Positions 41,054 to 51,352 are shown, counted from the stretch's first letter. The stretch: 64,000 nt of DNA from an uncultured Eubacteriales bacterium (GCA_964641455.1 CAZXLH010000002.1:50774-114773), one strand, 5' to 3'. Notes: generated from the letters alone by a model not told the origin. Made by a program: numbers and translations.

Positions 41054-41991
41054 ACAATTAAACTTGTTGTTCCTACAAGTTGTTTCATTATCTCAACAGA
41101 TTCGTAGCTAACACCATGACTGCCTATCATCGCACCTTCTGTCGATGAGGTACTGTGAAAATCCGAGCCTCCGGTAATCAGTAGTTTGTTTTCCCGCGCC
41201 ATATACCAATATCTTTGCTGAAGGCTATGATCGTGCTCAGGATGGCACACCTCTATTCCTTGAAGCCCGTTTTCTACAAGTTCGTGGAGCAGGTAATCTG
41301 CATTGGCAGTTCCGGGATGAGCCCATACAGCAATACCCTTTGCTTGCCGTATAACTTTTATTGATTCGACAGGATTGAGGTGAAACCTCTCTACATATGC
41401 AGGCCTCCCTATCCCAAGATAGAGATCGAACCCCTCTTCAATACTGCTAATGTATCCTTTTTCAATCATTGCTTCAGCAACATGGGGCCTCCCAACTGAT
41501 TCTCCCTTCGATAGTTCAAGTACTCTGCATAACTCAATCTGTATACCAAGATGATTAAGTTTTTCAACCATGGCTTTGATTCTAAGATGACGTGACTCTC
41601 TGAGCTGTGACAATACCTTTGATAACTGATGGTTGTCAGGATCAATAAAATAACCTAAAATGTGTATTTCCCTTCCACCCCACTGGCTATTTATCTCTAT
41701 ACCTGGAATTACTTCGATACTTCCATGCTTGATATCATCACTTTGATTAGTAGGGTATACTCTAGCCAGTTGTTCATATCCGGAAACCGTATCATGATCA
41801 CATATTGAAACCGTCCTCAAACCCAATTTATGTGAATAACTAACTACCTGCTGTGGTGTATATTGACCATCAGAGGCAGTAGTATGAATATGAAGATCAC
41901 ATAAATTAGAAATTGGATCTTCTCGGCCAGTGACATCACTACCCGAGAGATCTTTGCGAAGTATCCGGCCGTCACTGACACATGGGTGCAT
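41038..41991 (-). CDS. PHP-domain metal-dependent phosphoesterase (TrpH/YciV-like).
   Basis: The translation contains LCDLHIHTTASDG...ICDHD. Confidence 0.7.
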   Translation of the reverse strand: MHPCVSDGRILRKDLSGSDVTGREDPISNLCDLHIHTTASDGQYTPQQVVSYSHKLGLRTVSICDHDTVSGYEQLARVYPTNQSDDIKHGSIEVIPGIEINSQWGGREIHILGYFIDPDNHQLSKVLSQLRESRHLRIKAMVEKLNHLGIQIELCRVLELSKGESVGRPHVAEAMIEKGYISSIEEGFDLYLGIGRPAYVERFHLNPVESIKVIRQAKGIAVWAHPGTANADYLLHELVENGLQGIEVCHPEHDHSLQQRYWYMARENKLLITGGSDFHSTSSTEGAMIGSHGVSYESVEIMKQLVGTTSLIVYSGI

Positions 41992-41999
41992 CCTGATAA

Positions 42000-42302
42000 C
42001 TAATTTCTGGGACTAACAATGAGTTTGATAGCTGTCCGTTCCTGACCATCTATAGTGATGTCAGTAAATGCGGGAACACATACAAGGTCAACTCCGCTTG
42101 GCGCCACAAACCCACGTGCAATAGCAACTGCCTTAATGGCTTGGTTGATAGCCCCTGCGCCTATGCCTTGAATTTCGGCGTACCCGCGCTCTCTAATAAC
42201 TCCGGCTAGCGCCCCTGCAACAGCATTAGGGCTTGACTTTGAGGAAACTTTGAGAACTTCAACGGACGTGGTATCTCGGCGATCTACGTTGGCTACTCCC
42301 AA
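42000..42302 (-). CDS. spoVS: Stage V sporulation protein S.
   Basis: The translation VEVLKVSSKSSPNAVAGALAGVIRERG...GAGAINQAIKAVAIARGFVAPSG is nearly identical to B. subtilis SpoVS. The start is a TTG preceded by a GGAGGG RBS, which gives a 13-aa N-terminal extension. Confidence 0.85.
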   Translation of the reverse strand: MGVANVDRRDTTSVEVLKVSSKSSPNAVAGALAGVIRERGYAEIQGIGAGAINQAIKAVAIARGFVAPSGVDLVCVPAFTDITIDGQERTAIKLIVSPRN

Positions 42303-42481
42303 TCTTATCCCTCCAAAGTAAATTAATTAACTGCGGCAATTGTAAATAACCTATAACTTGAACTACCGAATCTTGGTGTATTTCCATTCTACTGGTAATC
42401 CATGTATTTGACAAGGAGAATTTACCCTTAGAAAGCAAATATTGACTTCTTTGGGTAAGATTCAATCATATTGGGACTGTG

Positions 42482-43261
42482 TCATTCTCTTATTAGTATA
42501 CGCTCAATTTTTTCAGCTCTGCCGGAAGGGTTAATAGCACATAAAACTGCACATAACTGTCGCTTCCCTTTGGCTGGCTCATGACGAACGGGTAATTGCG
42601 TTAGGAACTTCTTAATGATAGTTTTGCGCTTGACCCCGATGACTCCTTCATAACTGCCCGTCATGCCAACATCGGTTATATACGCAGTGCCATCAGGCAA
42701 TATAGTTTCATCAGCAGTTTGTACATGAGTATGGGTTCCAAAGAATGCACTCACTCTTCCGTCAACATACCAACCTGCAGCTATCTTTTCCGACGACGCT
42801 TCGCCATGGAAATCTACAATAATCACCGGAGTGATAGTTTGCATCTGAGCGAGTTCAGCATCCAGGACCCTAAAGGGGCAATCAAAATTCTGCGGAGAAA
42901 ACACTCTCCCGCAAACATTTATTACTCCCACAGTTGTGCTATTGCGAGCTGTGAACACACCTGAACCTTTGCCTGGAATGCCTGGGGGATAATTTGCAGG
43001 CCTTAGAATTCTGTTTTGTGATTCTATTACCGGATAGATCTCTTTCTTATCCCATATGTGATTTCCTGAAGTTATCACGTCTACCCCCATGGAAAACAGT
43101 TCTTCAGCCACTTTCTTGGTAAGGCCTGCGCCGCCTGCGGCATTTTCTCCGTTGACAATAGTAAAGTCTACTTCGTAGTCATCAATTAATTGGGGTAGCC
43201 TGGATTTCAGAAATGACCGGCCCGGGGAGCCAAATATATCTCCGATAAATAGTAAATTCAT
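42482..43261 (-). CDS. ymdB: YmdB-family (TIGR00282) metallophosphoesterase, a 2',3'-cyclic-nucleotide phosphodiesterase.
   Basis: The N-terminus reads MNLLFIGDIFGSPGR...NGENAAGG. The gene lies between rny and spoVS, as ymdB does in B. subtilis. Confidence 0.8.
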   Translation of the reverse strand: MNLLFIGDIFGSPGRSFLKSRLPQLIDDYEVDFTIVNGENAAGGAGLTKKVAEELFSMGVDVITSGNHIWDKKEIYPVIESQNRILRPANYPPGIPGKGSGVFTARNSTTVGVINVCGRVFSPQNFDCPFRVLDAELAQMQTITPVIIVDFHGEASSEKIAAGWYVDGRVSAFFGTHTHVQTADETILPDGTAYITDVGMTGSYEGVIGVKRKTIIKKFLTQLPVRHEPAKGKRQLCAVLCAINPSGRAEKIERILIRE

Positions 43262-43270
43262 GAATATACC

Positions 43271-43825
43271 TCACTTATGAAACACTAGCACCTTTTCACC
43301 TTCGCGTAATGCAACCAGTCTTTTGGGGCACTCAAGTTCCTTAATTTTGTCAAGCATTTCCTGTAAGAAGAATCTGGCCGACCAAGAAAAATCAGTGTCT
43401 GTAATGAGTGAATCATCTAAATCCAACAGTATGGGGACTTGGTCTGTAACCAGTGAAACAGTGAGGCTAAGCTCACCTGTAGATAACGAAGCAACGTCTC
43501 TTTCTACATGAAAAGAGTGGAAATCGTCTATGGTTTCCCAATTGCATTCAATAATGCTGCCGGTTTGCTTGGCCAACGAGAGGTATGCATCTATTGACTG
43601 TAGATACAGCGACTGCAATTTCTCACGTTTTGACTTGCTGACAGGGCCTTGGCACAAAAACACCAACTTTAGCCCTCGCCTTTCCGGGTCAAAGGTGATT
43701 TTTGATACCTGGGGGAAAGCTATGAGTAGCGCAGCCAAAACTTCAACATCTTTTTGAGATACTTGTTTGCCCCTCTGTTCGTGCTTATCTATATTTGTTT
43801 TTCTTTGAGTTGTATTATCAGACAT
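43271..43825 (-). CDS. Hypothetical protein with no recognisable domain.
   Basis: The start was taken at an ATG (MSDNTTQRK) with a GGAG RBS; the ORF track extends to a TTG at 43900. The gene sits tightly between rny and ymdB, 9 bp from ymdB. Confidence 0.5.
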   Translation of the reverse strand: MSDNTTQRKTNIDKHEQRGKQVSQKDVEVLAALLIAFPQVSKITFDPERRGLKLVFLCQGPVSKSKREKLQSLYLQSIDAYLSLAKQTGSIIECNWETIDDFHSFHVERDVASLSTGELSLTVSLVTDQVPILLDLDDSLITDTDFSWSARFFLQEMLDKIKELECPKRLVALREGEKVLVFHK

Positions 43826-43935
43826 TGTTTTGCTCCGTTTCAGCCTCTGGGCCTCTGATTGGCAAACTTGTTTGAATAGAGGCGCCGGCCCGCCTGGCAA
43901 AACCGGTTCCGACGCCTCAGTTTTTGCGTTAAATA

Positions 43936-45465
43936 CTACTTTGCGTAACCTATAGCCCTTGTCTCCCTAATCACGGTAACCTTAATTTGACCAGGGTATT
44001 CAAGTTCTTTTTCAATCTTGTTGACAATATCCCGTGCCAAAGTCACTGACCCGAGATCGTCAATTCTTTCAGGTTTGACCATGATCCTTATTTCACGGCC
44101 GGCTTGTATGGCATATGACTTTTCAACGCCCTCAAAGGAGTTGGCGATGTCTTCAAGCTTTTCAAGCCGCTTGAGATACATCTCCAAAGTTTCGCGTCTT
44201 GCTCCGGGACGCGCAGCAGAAATGGCATCAGCCGCCGCTACCAAGAACGCTTCGACAGACTGTGGCTCTACATCGCCATGATGTGCCTCAATGGCACGAA
44301 TGACGGCTTTTGATTCCCTGTATCTCTTAAGCAAATTAACTCCAATGGCTACGTGAGAGCCTTCAACCTCGTGATCTACAGACTTTCCAATATCGTGAAG
44401 AAGCCCTGCCCGTTTAGCAACAGTTACGTCAGCACCTATTTCAGCGGCCATATTTGCCGCCAATTGTGCAACCTCAATGGAATGCTTGAGTACATTCTGG
44501 CCATAACTGGTTCTGAACTTAAGCCTGCCTAAAAGCCTAATAAGTTCCGGGTGGAGCCCGTGAACACTAAGATTGAGCGCTGCTTGCTCGCCTTCTTGTT
44601 TGATAACTGAATCTACATCCTTTTGAGCTTTTTCAACCATCTCTTCTATGCGAGCAGGATGGATACGGCCGTCAGCTACAAGCCTTTCCAGTGCAATACG
44701 GGCAACTTCCCTTCTTATTGGGTCGAAACCTGACAAAATGACAGCTTCGGGAGTATCATCGATTATGAGTTCAATCCCTGTAAGAGTTTCGAGGGTTCTG
44801 ATATTCCTGCCTTCTCTCCCGATTATCCTGCCTTTCATCTCGTCATTTGGCAGTTCAACTACAGATACGGTATTCTCTGCTACGTGATCGGCTGCACATC
44901 GTTGAATCGCCAGGGCAACTATGCTTCGTGACTTCTGCTCTGCTTCGGCCCTTGCCTGTTCTTCAGCGTCTCTGATTAGCCTTGCAGTTTCGCCCTTAAG
45001 GGTCTCTCTGACCTCCTGAAGGATTTTTTCCCGGGCACTTTCTCTTGACAGCCCTGAAATACGCTCCAATTCTTTCATGGAAGATTCGTATAGCGTTTCA
45101 AGTTCCCGTTCTTTTTGAGCAAACGCCTTTTCTTGTTTTGACATGGCTTCTTCTCGCTGAGTTAAAAATTCCTGCCTTCTGTCAAGCGATTCCTCTTTCT
45201 TGATCAACCTACGTTCAAAGCGTTTTACTTCCTGACGCCTTTCACGTATTTCTTTATCGATTTCAGCCCTGATTTTTTGGGCACTGTCTCTGGCTTCAAG
45301 AAGGATTTCCCGGTGTTTGTTCTCAGCGCTTTTGGTGGACTGTTCCAATATTCTCTTAGCTTCAGTTTCTGCTGACGTTATCTTTGCTTCACCGATTATT
45401 CGCCGTAGCAAGTATCCTATTGAAGCCCCTACAACAAAGAGTACAACATACAAGATATACTGCAA
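43936..45465 (-). CDS. rny: Ribonuclease Y.
   Basis: An N-terminal TM segment and coiled coil are followed by a KH domain ([12 protein letters not shown]) and an HD domain (LLHDIGK). The start is a TTG after AGGAGGTG. Confidence 0.9.
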   Translation of the reverse strand: MQYILYVVLFVVGASIGYLLRRIIGEAKITSAETEAKRILEQSTKSAENKHREILLEARDSAQKIRAEIDKEIRERRQEVKRFERRLIKKEESLDRRQEFLTQREEAMSKQEKAFAQKERELETLYESSMKELERISGLSRESAREKILQEVRETLKGETARLIRDAEEQARAEAEQKSRSIVALAIQRCAADHVAENTVSVVELPNDEMKGRIIGREGRNIRTLETLTGIELIIDDTPEAVILSGFDPIRREVARIALERLVADGRIHPARIEEMVEKAQKDVDSVIKQEGEQAALNLSVHGLHPELIRLLGRLKFRTSYGQNVLKHSIEVAQLAANMAAEIGADVTVAKRAGLLHDIGKSVDHEVEGSHVAIGVNLLKRYRESKAVIRAIEAHHGDVEPQSVEAFLVAAADAISAARPGARRETLEMYLKRLEKLEDIANSFEGVEKSYAIQAGREIRIMVKPERIDDLGSVTLARDIVNKIEKELEYPGQIKVTVIRETRAIGYAK

Positions 45466-45490
45466 ATGCTGTCACCTCCTCCATAAACGG

Positions 45491-45512
45491 AAAAAGCCGA
45501 GCAGCGCTCGGC
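45491..45512 (-). terminator. Intrinsic terminator after recX. The stem is GCCGAGC-gct-GCTCGGC followed by TTTTT, and it sits about 11 nt upstream of the rny RBS.
   Basis: The hairpin and U-tract were read from the reverse-complemented sequence. Confidence 0.5.
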
Positions 45513-45720
45513 ATACTGGCTCAATTATGTTAATACCTGGTTTTAGGACCATCTATATAAACAAACAACAATTTGTGAAATTGACTATGACTTATATATT
45601 CACAAGATCAAAAACACCTAGAATCTTTGAACAGTCAAAACAATGTTATCACCGTCAGTTGTTCACGTTAAACAGTAAATTATCCAGGCATCAATTCGCA
45701 TCAAAGCCAGCATCACACGG

Positions 45721-46191
45721 CTACTCTACGTCACTTACCCGACCGAATGTCCTCACTACCGATAATATGGTTGCTTCGGTAAATCCTCTTCGAAATAACC
45801 ATCTGGCCAGGCGTTGCGTGTCTTTCAATGTCCATTGGGTTTTGCCTTTTGCATACTGTCTTGCCGCAGTACGCGCCAGGCTTCGCTCATCTAACTCTGC
45901 GTAAACTTCGTCAATCAAAGTTTCCGCAAGTTGCTTATCGAAACGACGTTTCCTGAGTTCGTAAAAGCAACGTTTCTTGCCACAAGGTTTATTTCGTATA
46001 ATTGCATCCAAAATATTTTTGGCAAGCACTGTATCGTTAAGATAACCCCATTCCTTAAGTTTCTCAATACATGTGTCTATTTCACCCGACGTAAATTCTT
46101 TTCGCGAGAGCATAAATTTCATCTGGCCTGAACTAACTTGCCGCCTTGCCAAGATTCTCAGGGCAGCATTCATGACACTCTTATTTCCCAT
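45721..46191 (-). CDS. recX: RecX regulatory protein.
   Basis: The translation is 156 aa with RecX helical repeats and overlaps the end of recA. Confidence 0.75.
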   Translation of the reverse strand: MGNKSVMNAALRILARRQVSSGQMKFMLSRKEFTSGEIDTCIEKLKEWGYLNDTVLAKNILDAIIRNKPCGKKRCFYELRKRRFDKQLAETLIDEVYAELDERSLARTAARQYAKGKTQWTLKDTQRLARWLFRRGFTEATILSVVRTFGRVSDVE

Positions 46192-47248
46192 GGCGTTTAC
46201 CGGACTTTGACTTTGAATCCTTAACTTCTTTAGTTTTAGCCTTATCCTCTTCTTCTTGCGCTTCAGGCCTTAATAGGTCCTTGATTTTGGATTCTACCTC
46301 TTTGCTGATTTCAGGATGGCTCTTAAAGAATTCCCTGGCGTTTTCTTTACCCTGTCCAAGTTGTGTTTTCCCGTAATAATACCAGGTTCCCGTTCTGGTG
46401 ATAATGCCCTTTTCTACACCTACGTCCAAGAGTGAACCTTCACGGGAAATGCCTTCTCCAAAGATTATGTCGACCTCTGCATCCTTAAAAGGCGGAGACA
46501 ACTTATTCTTTACAACTCTTATCCTGGTTCTTGCACCTATGGTTTCCTGCCCTTTTTTCAGATTTTCAATTCTTCTTACATCGAGCCTCACTGAAGAATA
46601 AAATTTAAGGGCTCTCCCACCAGGAGTAACTTCAGGATTTCCGAACATTACGCCAATCTTCTCACGCACTTGATTTATGAAAATGGCAGTTGACTTTGAC
46701 TTAGCCACCACAGCAGTAAGTTTCCTTAGTGCTTGGGACATCAAACGCGCCTGAAGGCCTACGTGGGCATCACCCATTTCGCCTTCGATTTCAGCGCGTG
46801 GAGCCAAAGCTGCCACAGAATCTACTACGATGCAATCCACAGCACCGCTTCTAACCAAAGCTTCGACTATTTCCAATGCTTGTTCTCCGGTATCAGGTTG
46901 GGAAATAAGAAGGTTTTCTATGTCCAACCCTAGATTCTTTGCATACATAGGGTCCAAGGCATGTTCAGCATCGATAAATGCAGCAATTCCTCCCGCTTTC
47001 TGTGCTTCTGCAACGATGTGCAGAGCCACGGTTGTCTTACCTGAACCTTCTGGGCCATAGATCTCCACAATTCGCCCTCGAGGTATACCTCCGATTCCAA
47101 GAGCAATGTCCAATGCCAGGGCACCGGTTGGAATAACATCTACTTGCAATTTCTGAGAAGATTCTCCATACCTCATTATGGAACCTTTGCCGAACTGCTT
47201 CTCTATTTGCGCAACCGCCAACTCCAGAGCCTTTTCTTTTTCTAACAT
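46181..47248 (-). CDS. recA: Recombinase RecA.
   Basis: The translation contains GPEGSGKTT, the L1/L2 loops, and [14 protein letters not shown]. Confidence 0.95.
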   Translation of the reverse strand: MLEKEKALELAVAQIEKQFGKGSIMRYGESSQKLQVDVIPTGALALDIALGIGGIPRGRIVEIYGPEGSGKTTVALHIVAEAQKAGGIAAFIDAEHALDPMYAKNLGLDIENLLISQPDTGEQALEIVEALVRSGAVDCIVVDSVAALAPRAEIEGEMGDAHVGLQARLMSQALRKLTAVVAKSKSTAIFINQVREKIGVMFGNPEVTPGGRALKFYSSVRLDVRRIENLKKGQETIGARTRIRVVKNKLSPPFKDAEVDIIFGEGISREGSLLDVGVEKGIITRTGTWYYYGKTQLGQGKENAREFFKSHPEISKEVESKIKDLLRPEAQEEEDKAKTKEVKDSKSKSGKRHGK

Positions 47249-47276
47249 CTAAATTGATTCACTCCTTAGAGTCGCC

Positions 47277-47306
47277 ATATAACCCTGACAGTCCATTCCC
47301 AGTCAA
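47277..47306 (-). promoter_or_regulatory. Putative sigma-A promoter for recA, reading TTGACT-N18-TTATAT on the minus strand.
   Basis: The hexamers were read from the reverse complement. A half Cheo-like box, CGAACATTTGTGT, lies at 47345-47357. Confidence 0.4.
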
Positions 47307-47360
47307 GTATAACATCAGCAAGAACAAGGAGCAATCACATATTACACAAATGTTCGCCTA

Positions 47361-47990
47361 TCACCCAGGCGGTAGTTGTACGCTGCCAAGAACCGAGTAT
47401 AAGGGGCCTTGAGGGTATAATTGACTTTCCATTAGGAGTACATCTGAAACATCCCAGTGTAAATTGACTGACGCGGTACTTTCCGACTCTAAATACTTGT
47501 TTCTGAAGGCCCGGAAACTTTGTTCCCAGAGCATGCGTTGGCCGGAATTGCCCTTCTGCCTGTTCCCACGCCTTTTGTTTCTTGCCAGAGTTATGTGAGG
47601 CTGAAAAGGCCTGTTTTCCTCAAACCCAAGGCTACTTAACCCTGTACGCAAATTGCCGGCAAGGTTTATGAGTTCATGTTTCCCCTTATCGATTCCGATG
47701 TGAAAGACCCGTGGGCAGCCCTTATATGGAAAGGTTGAGGGCTTTCCCAGTGAAAGCGTAAATGGTGCAGTATTTGTAGCCGACGCTTGAATCACGTCCA
47801 ATATGCAAGGTATTGACGTTCTTTGTACATTATTGCCGAGGAATTGAAGTGTAATGTGCAAATTCTTAACAGACACAAATCGGCAATCCGGGAAAACCGG
47901 TTTTGCTTGCGTAGTGAAACGTTCCAAAAACACTTTTATTTCTGAAGGCAAAGACAAAGCCACAAACCCTCTAAAAACATCAGTTTTCAT
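47361..47990 (-). CDS. RNA 2',3'-cyclic phosphodiesterase (2H family, ThpR/LigT-like).
   Basis: The translation has two H-x-T-x motifs, HITLQF and HITLAR. Confidence 0.65.
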   Translation of the reverse strand: MKTDVFRGFVALSLPSEIKVFLERFTTQAKPVFPDCRFVSVKNLHITLQFLGNNVQRTSIPCILDVIQASATNTAPFTLSLGKPSTFPYKGCPRVFHIGIDKGKHELINLAGNLRTGLSSLGFEENRPFQPHITLARNKRRGNRQKGNSGQRMLWEQSFRAFRNKYLESESTASVNLHWDVSDVLLMESQLYPQGPLYSVLGSVQLPPG

Positions 47991-47995
47991 TGAAC

Positions 47996-49252
47996 TTATC
48001 TCCTGTGTTTTTGATGTTCTACTAAATAACGATACAAGACATACAATGCTCGTTGAGCTGCGTATTGTTTGGTTCTTGGCCTCGATGACGGATAAACTAT
48101 TTTGTCTGCAATAACTCCATATTTTTTGTGGCTGAGGCCTATGTATACAGTGCCTAAAGGCGCGTTTGGGGTACCTCCCTCAGGGCCTGCGAACCCGGTA
48201 GTCGCCAAACCCAAGTCGGCCCCAGCAAGAAGGCGGACACTGTCTGCCATATATTTTGCAACTTGTTCGTTTACTGCTTGGTCCTTGTGTACAACTTCCG
48301 GGGGTACCCCCAGGCTGGACATTTTGACTTTGGAGTCGTAAGCGATCATTCCCATTTTGAAGTATTTTGAACTTCCCGGGACCTCACTTAGCCTGTGACA
48401 TATTAAGCCTCCTGTTACAGACTCGGCTATAGCTACAGTCAGCCCTTTGGTTCTAAGCAGCCTGCCTACGGCTTGTTCCAATGTTTCGCTGTTTCTGCCA
48501 TATACATGATGCCCCAATCGCTTCCGCACTTCTTTTTCTACCTGAGAAATCATTGAAGCAGCTTCTTTTTCATTGCCGGTCTGAGCGGCTATTCTAAGCC
48601 TTACCTGTCCCGCCCCTGCGTAAGGCGCTACAGTTGGGTTTTTGTACGTGAGCAGGTCTTTGACCGTCTCAGCTACCATGGATTCGCCAAGACCTACTAT
48701 ATTGAGATTGACATAATGGATAGGCTCCAAATCCGGAAAGTGCTGCTTTATAAGCGGTACCACGTAGTTTTCAAACATAGGTTTCATTTCAGAGGGAGGC
48801 CCAGGAAGCAGCACTGCAAAGGTTTTATCAAACTTTATCGCTTGGCCGGGAGCCGTGCCTACCTCATTTGGGAGGAAAACCCCGCCATCTACAACATAGG
48901 CCTGTTTTTTATCGGAATCACCGCTTTTCCGATTACGTTTTGCAAACCATCTGTGCATGTTGTTCCATGCATTTTCATCAAATACCAGGTCTCGGTTCAG
49001 AGCAGAAGCGAGGCAACGAGCTGTTACATCGTCTTGAGTTGGGCCAAGCCCTCCTGTAGCTATAATAAGATCGGCTCGCTTGATTGAATCTTCAAAAGCC
49101 AAAAGAAGCCTTTTTGGATTATCTCCCACGGTAACTCTTCTATATACGTTTACCCCAATATCTCTCAGACGAGAAGAAAGATACTGGGCGTTTGTATCAA
49201 TAATTTCGCCCAGTAGAAGTTCAGTGCCTATGGAAAGGATTTCTGCGTTCAA
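47996..49252 (-). CDS. cinA: Competence/damage-inducible protein CinA.
   Basis: The N-terminus reads MNAEILSIGTELLLGEIIDTNAQYL and the C-terminus carries a CinA domain. The gene is upstream of recA, as cinA is in B. subtilis. Confidence 0.85.
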   Translation of the reverse strand: MNAEILSIGTELLLGEIIDTNAQYLSSRLRDIGVNVYRRVTVGDNPKRLLLAFEDSIKRADLIIATGGLGPTQDDVTARCLASALNRDLVFDENAWNNMHRWFAKRNRKSGDSDKKQAYVVDGGVFLPNEVGTAPGQAIKFDKTFAVLLPGPPSEMKPMFENYVVPLIKQHFPDLEPIHYVNLNIVGLGESMVAETVKDLLTYKNPTVAPYAGAGQVRLRIAAQTGNEKEAASMISQVEKEVRKRLGHHVYGRNSETLEQAVGRLLRTKGLTVAIAESVTGGLICHRLSEVPGSSKYFKMGMIAYDSKVKMSSLGVPPEVVHKDQAVNEQVAKYMADSVRLLAGADLGLATTGFAGPEGGTPNAPLGTVYIGLSHKKYGVIADKIVYPSSRPRTKQYAAQRALYVLYRYLVEHQKHRR

Positions 49253-49280
49253 AAAACCACCCCCGAAAATGAGCCGGAGT

Positions 49281-50819
49281 TTATACCCCTCTGATTATTC
49301 TACTCTTTCGAACAGGTGGTTTCCTCCATTTCCAAGAGAGTTTAGCCGGCAATTCAAGATATTCCTTTAGCCTTTCCCCTGAAACTGCTTCCTTTTCAAA
49401 TAACTCGTGAGATAATTCTCTGACAACGGTTTGATATTTCTTGAGTATCTTGGCCGCTGCAATTTCTGCATTCCTTATAATGTCGTTAGTAGCTCTTGCT
49501 ATAATGTCGTGAGAAGCTGTTTCCCTGTCTACAATTCCAATTGGCGACATTCCATACATTACAATTCTTTTGGCGATGTCAAGCGCCCTTTGAAAGTCAT
49601 TTGCCGCTCCTGTGCTTTTAGAACCAAACACTAGATTTTCTGCAATTGCCCCGGCCACAAGAATCTCAATTTCTTCCTCGAGCACTTCCCTGGGATACAG
49701 GTATCTGTCCTCTTGTGGCGCATGTCTCACAAATCCAAGAGCGTTGCCTCTGGGTGATACCGTTACATGGGCAACAGACCCTGGCCTTACTGTTTCCGCC
49801 ACAACGGCATGTCCGGCCTCATGAGCACATATGCGTTGCATTTCTGCATCTGATGGGCGCCTTTCAAGTTTCTCGCCTAAAATTACTTTATTTAGGGCTT
49901 CAGCCAGATCATCTGAACTTATTTCTTGTCCGCCTCTGCGTAGCGTGCCTATGGCAGCTTCATTGCAAAGGCTCTCAAGATGAGCTCCTGAAAGGCCAAA
50001 TGTCTCCCTCGCCAGGTTTTCAAGGTTAACTTCACTTGCCACCGGTTTGTTGCGAAGGTGGAGTTTAAGAATCTCCAGCCTCCCATGTTTGTCCGGAAGA
50101 TCCACCGTTACCGTTCGATCAAACCTTCCGGGCCTGAGGATCGCCGGATCCAACAAATCCGGCCTGTTAGTGGCAGCTACCACAAGGATTCTGACGTCGT
50201 TGTCAAATCTCAACCCATCCATTTCAACCAGCAATTGATTTAGGGTTTGATCATATTCCAAATGGCCAACTTGAGAACCACGCTTGCCGGCCAATACTTC
50301 AATTTCGTCAATAAATATTATTGCTCCGGACTTTTTACGCTCTCTTGCAAGGTTTCTGGCCCTGGAAAACAGTTCTCTTATTCGCTGAGCGCCAAGGCCT
50401 GCATATACTTCAATAAATTCAGAACCTGATGCTGAAATGAATACAGAATCAGTGTAGTTGGCTGCAGCTTTTGCAAGCAGTGTCTTTCCTGTTCCCGGGG
50501 GGCCAGACAACAGTACTCCTTTTAGGGGCCTGATTCCTAAAAGACTGGCTCTTTCATAGTCACCCAAAAACTCTAAGGCTTCTATTAGCTCCCTCTTCGC
50601 CACTTCTTGGCCTCCTACGTCTTCAAATCTGACGTTAGATGTTTCGGCCATAACGGCTCCGACTTTACGCTTGCCAAAGTTTCTTATTTGGCCACCTGAG
50701 GTATATAGAAAATAAGCAAGCCCGAGCACTATGAGAACAGGAAAAACATTAACTTTCAAGGCAATAAGGAAGGCCATAACGCCAAGTGCACCACCAAGCA
50801 CCACTTCTTTTTGGTTCAT
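49281..50819 (-). CDS. Short FtsH-family AAA+ zinc metalloprotease with a single N-terminal TM segment and no large extracytoplasmic domain.
   Basis: The translation has the Walker A motif GPPGTGKT, the second region of homology, and the zinc motif HEAGHAV. It is 512 aa. Confidence 0.7.
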   Translation of the reverse strand: MNQKEVVLGGALGVMAFLIALKVNVFPVLIVLGLAYFLYTSGGQIRNFGKRKVGAVMAETSNVRFEDVGGQEVAKRELIEALEFLGDYERASLLGIRPLKGVLLSGPPGTGKTLLAKAAANYTDSVFISASGSEFIEVYAGLGAQRIRELFSRARNLARERKKSGAIIFIDEIEVLAGKRGSQVGHLEYDQTLNQLLVEMDGLRFDNDVRILVVAATNRPDLLDPAILRPGRFDRTVTVDLPDKHGRLEILKLHLRNKPVASEVNLENLARETFGLSGAHLESLCNEAAIGTLRRGGQEISSDDLAEALNKVILGEKLERRPSDAEMQRICAHEAGHAVVAETVRPGSVAHVTVSPRGNALGFVRHAPQEDRYLYPREVLEEEIEILVAGAIAENLVFGSKSTGAANDFQRALDIAKRIVMYGMSPIGIVDRETASHDIIARATNDIIRNAEIAAAKILKKYQTVVRELSHELFEKEAVSGERLKEYLELPAKLSWKWRKPPVRKSRIIRGV

Positions 50820-51352
50820 AGTTCCGGGCCTCCCTTGATGTCTTTAAGATCCTTAATTCTGTAAAGATATTTTTCTTTAAGACGAAGTTGAATATAGATA
50901 TTATTGTCATTTACCGTAAGATTGAAGTCTTCTATGCCCATGTTCTTTAACACCAGGCTCGATTGATTGGCCATATCGCCAAAGTTCCCTCGCAGCCTGG
51001 CTTCCTCTACGTAGAAATGGATTAAGTCATACGCTTTTTCCAAGGTTTCGTCAGAATCGTCTCGAATCACGACTTCATAAGCTCGTTGGCCAACTATGTT
51101 TTGAACTGAGTCTTCAATCTTCTTATATGCCAAAGACAGATCATCAACATAACCAAGGCTCACATCAATTGTAATTGTGTCCTCTATTGACTCAATATCA
51201 GCCCTAAGAACATCGGGATTCTCGGACAGGCACTTTTTAAGAGGCCTTTCTATCCGAAAGACCCGGTAGGAATAGTGGGCAAGCGCTAATACCATCAATG
51301 CTAAGAACGCCCACAACAGCACATATTCCCATCGCATGTTTCTCATGGACAT
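50816..51352 (-). CDS. Small bitopic membrane protein of unknown function, translationally coupled to the FtsH-like gene.
   Basis: A GGAGAGG RBS is followed by an ATG (MSMRNMRWEY). One TM segment is present. The stop overlaps the downstream gene's start codon in an ATGA arrangement. Confidence 0.5.
   Translation of the reverse strand: MSMRNMRWEYVLLWAFLALMVLALAHYSYRVFRIERPLKKCLSENPDVLRADIESIEDTITIDVSLGYVDDLSLAYKKIEDSVQNIVGQRAYEVVIRDDSDETLEKAYDLIHFYVEEARLRGNFGDMANQSSLVLKNMGIEDFNLTVNDNNIYIQLRLKEKYLYRIKDLKDIKGGPEL

Noticed and set aside
42303-42481. A sigma-H-type promoter for spoVS.
   Set aside because: Only partial matches were found (TGGATT...GAATGG). I could not establish correct spacing by eye.
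45317-45904. A 195-aa plus-strand ORF spanning the rny/recX intergenic region.
   Set aside because: It runs antisense through the rny start, the terminator hairpin and the recX 3-prime end. It has no RBS and its composition is low-complexity.
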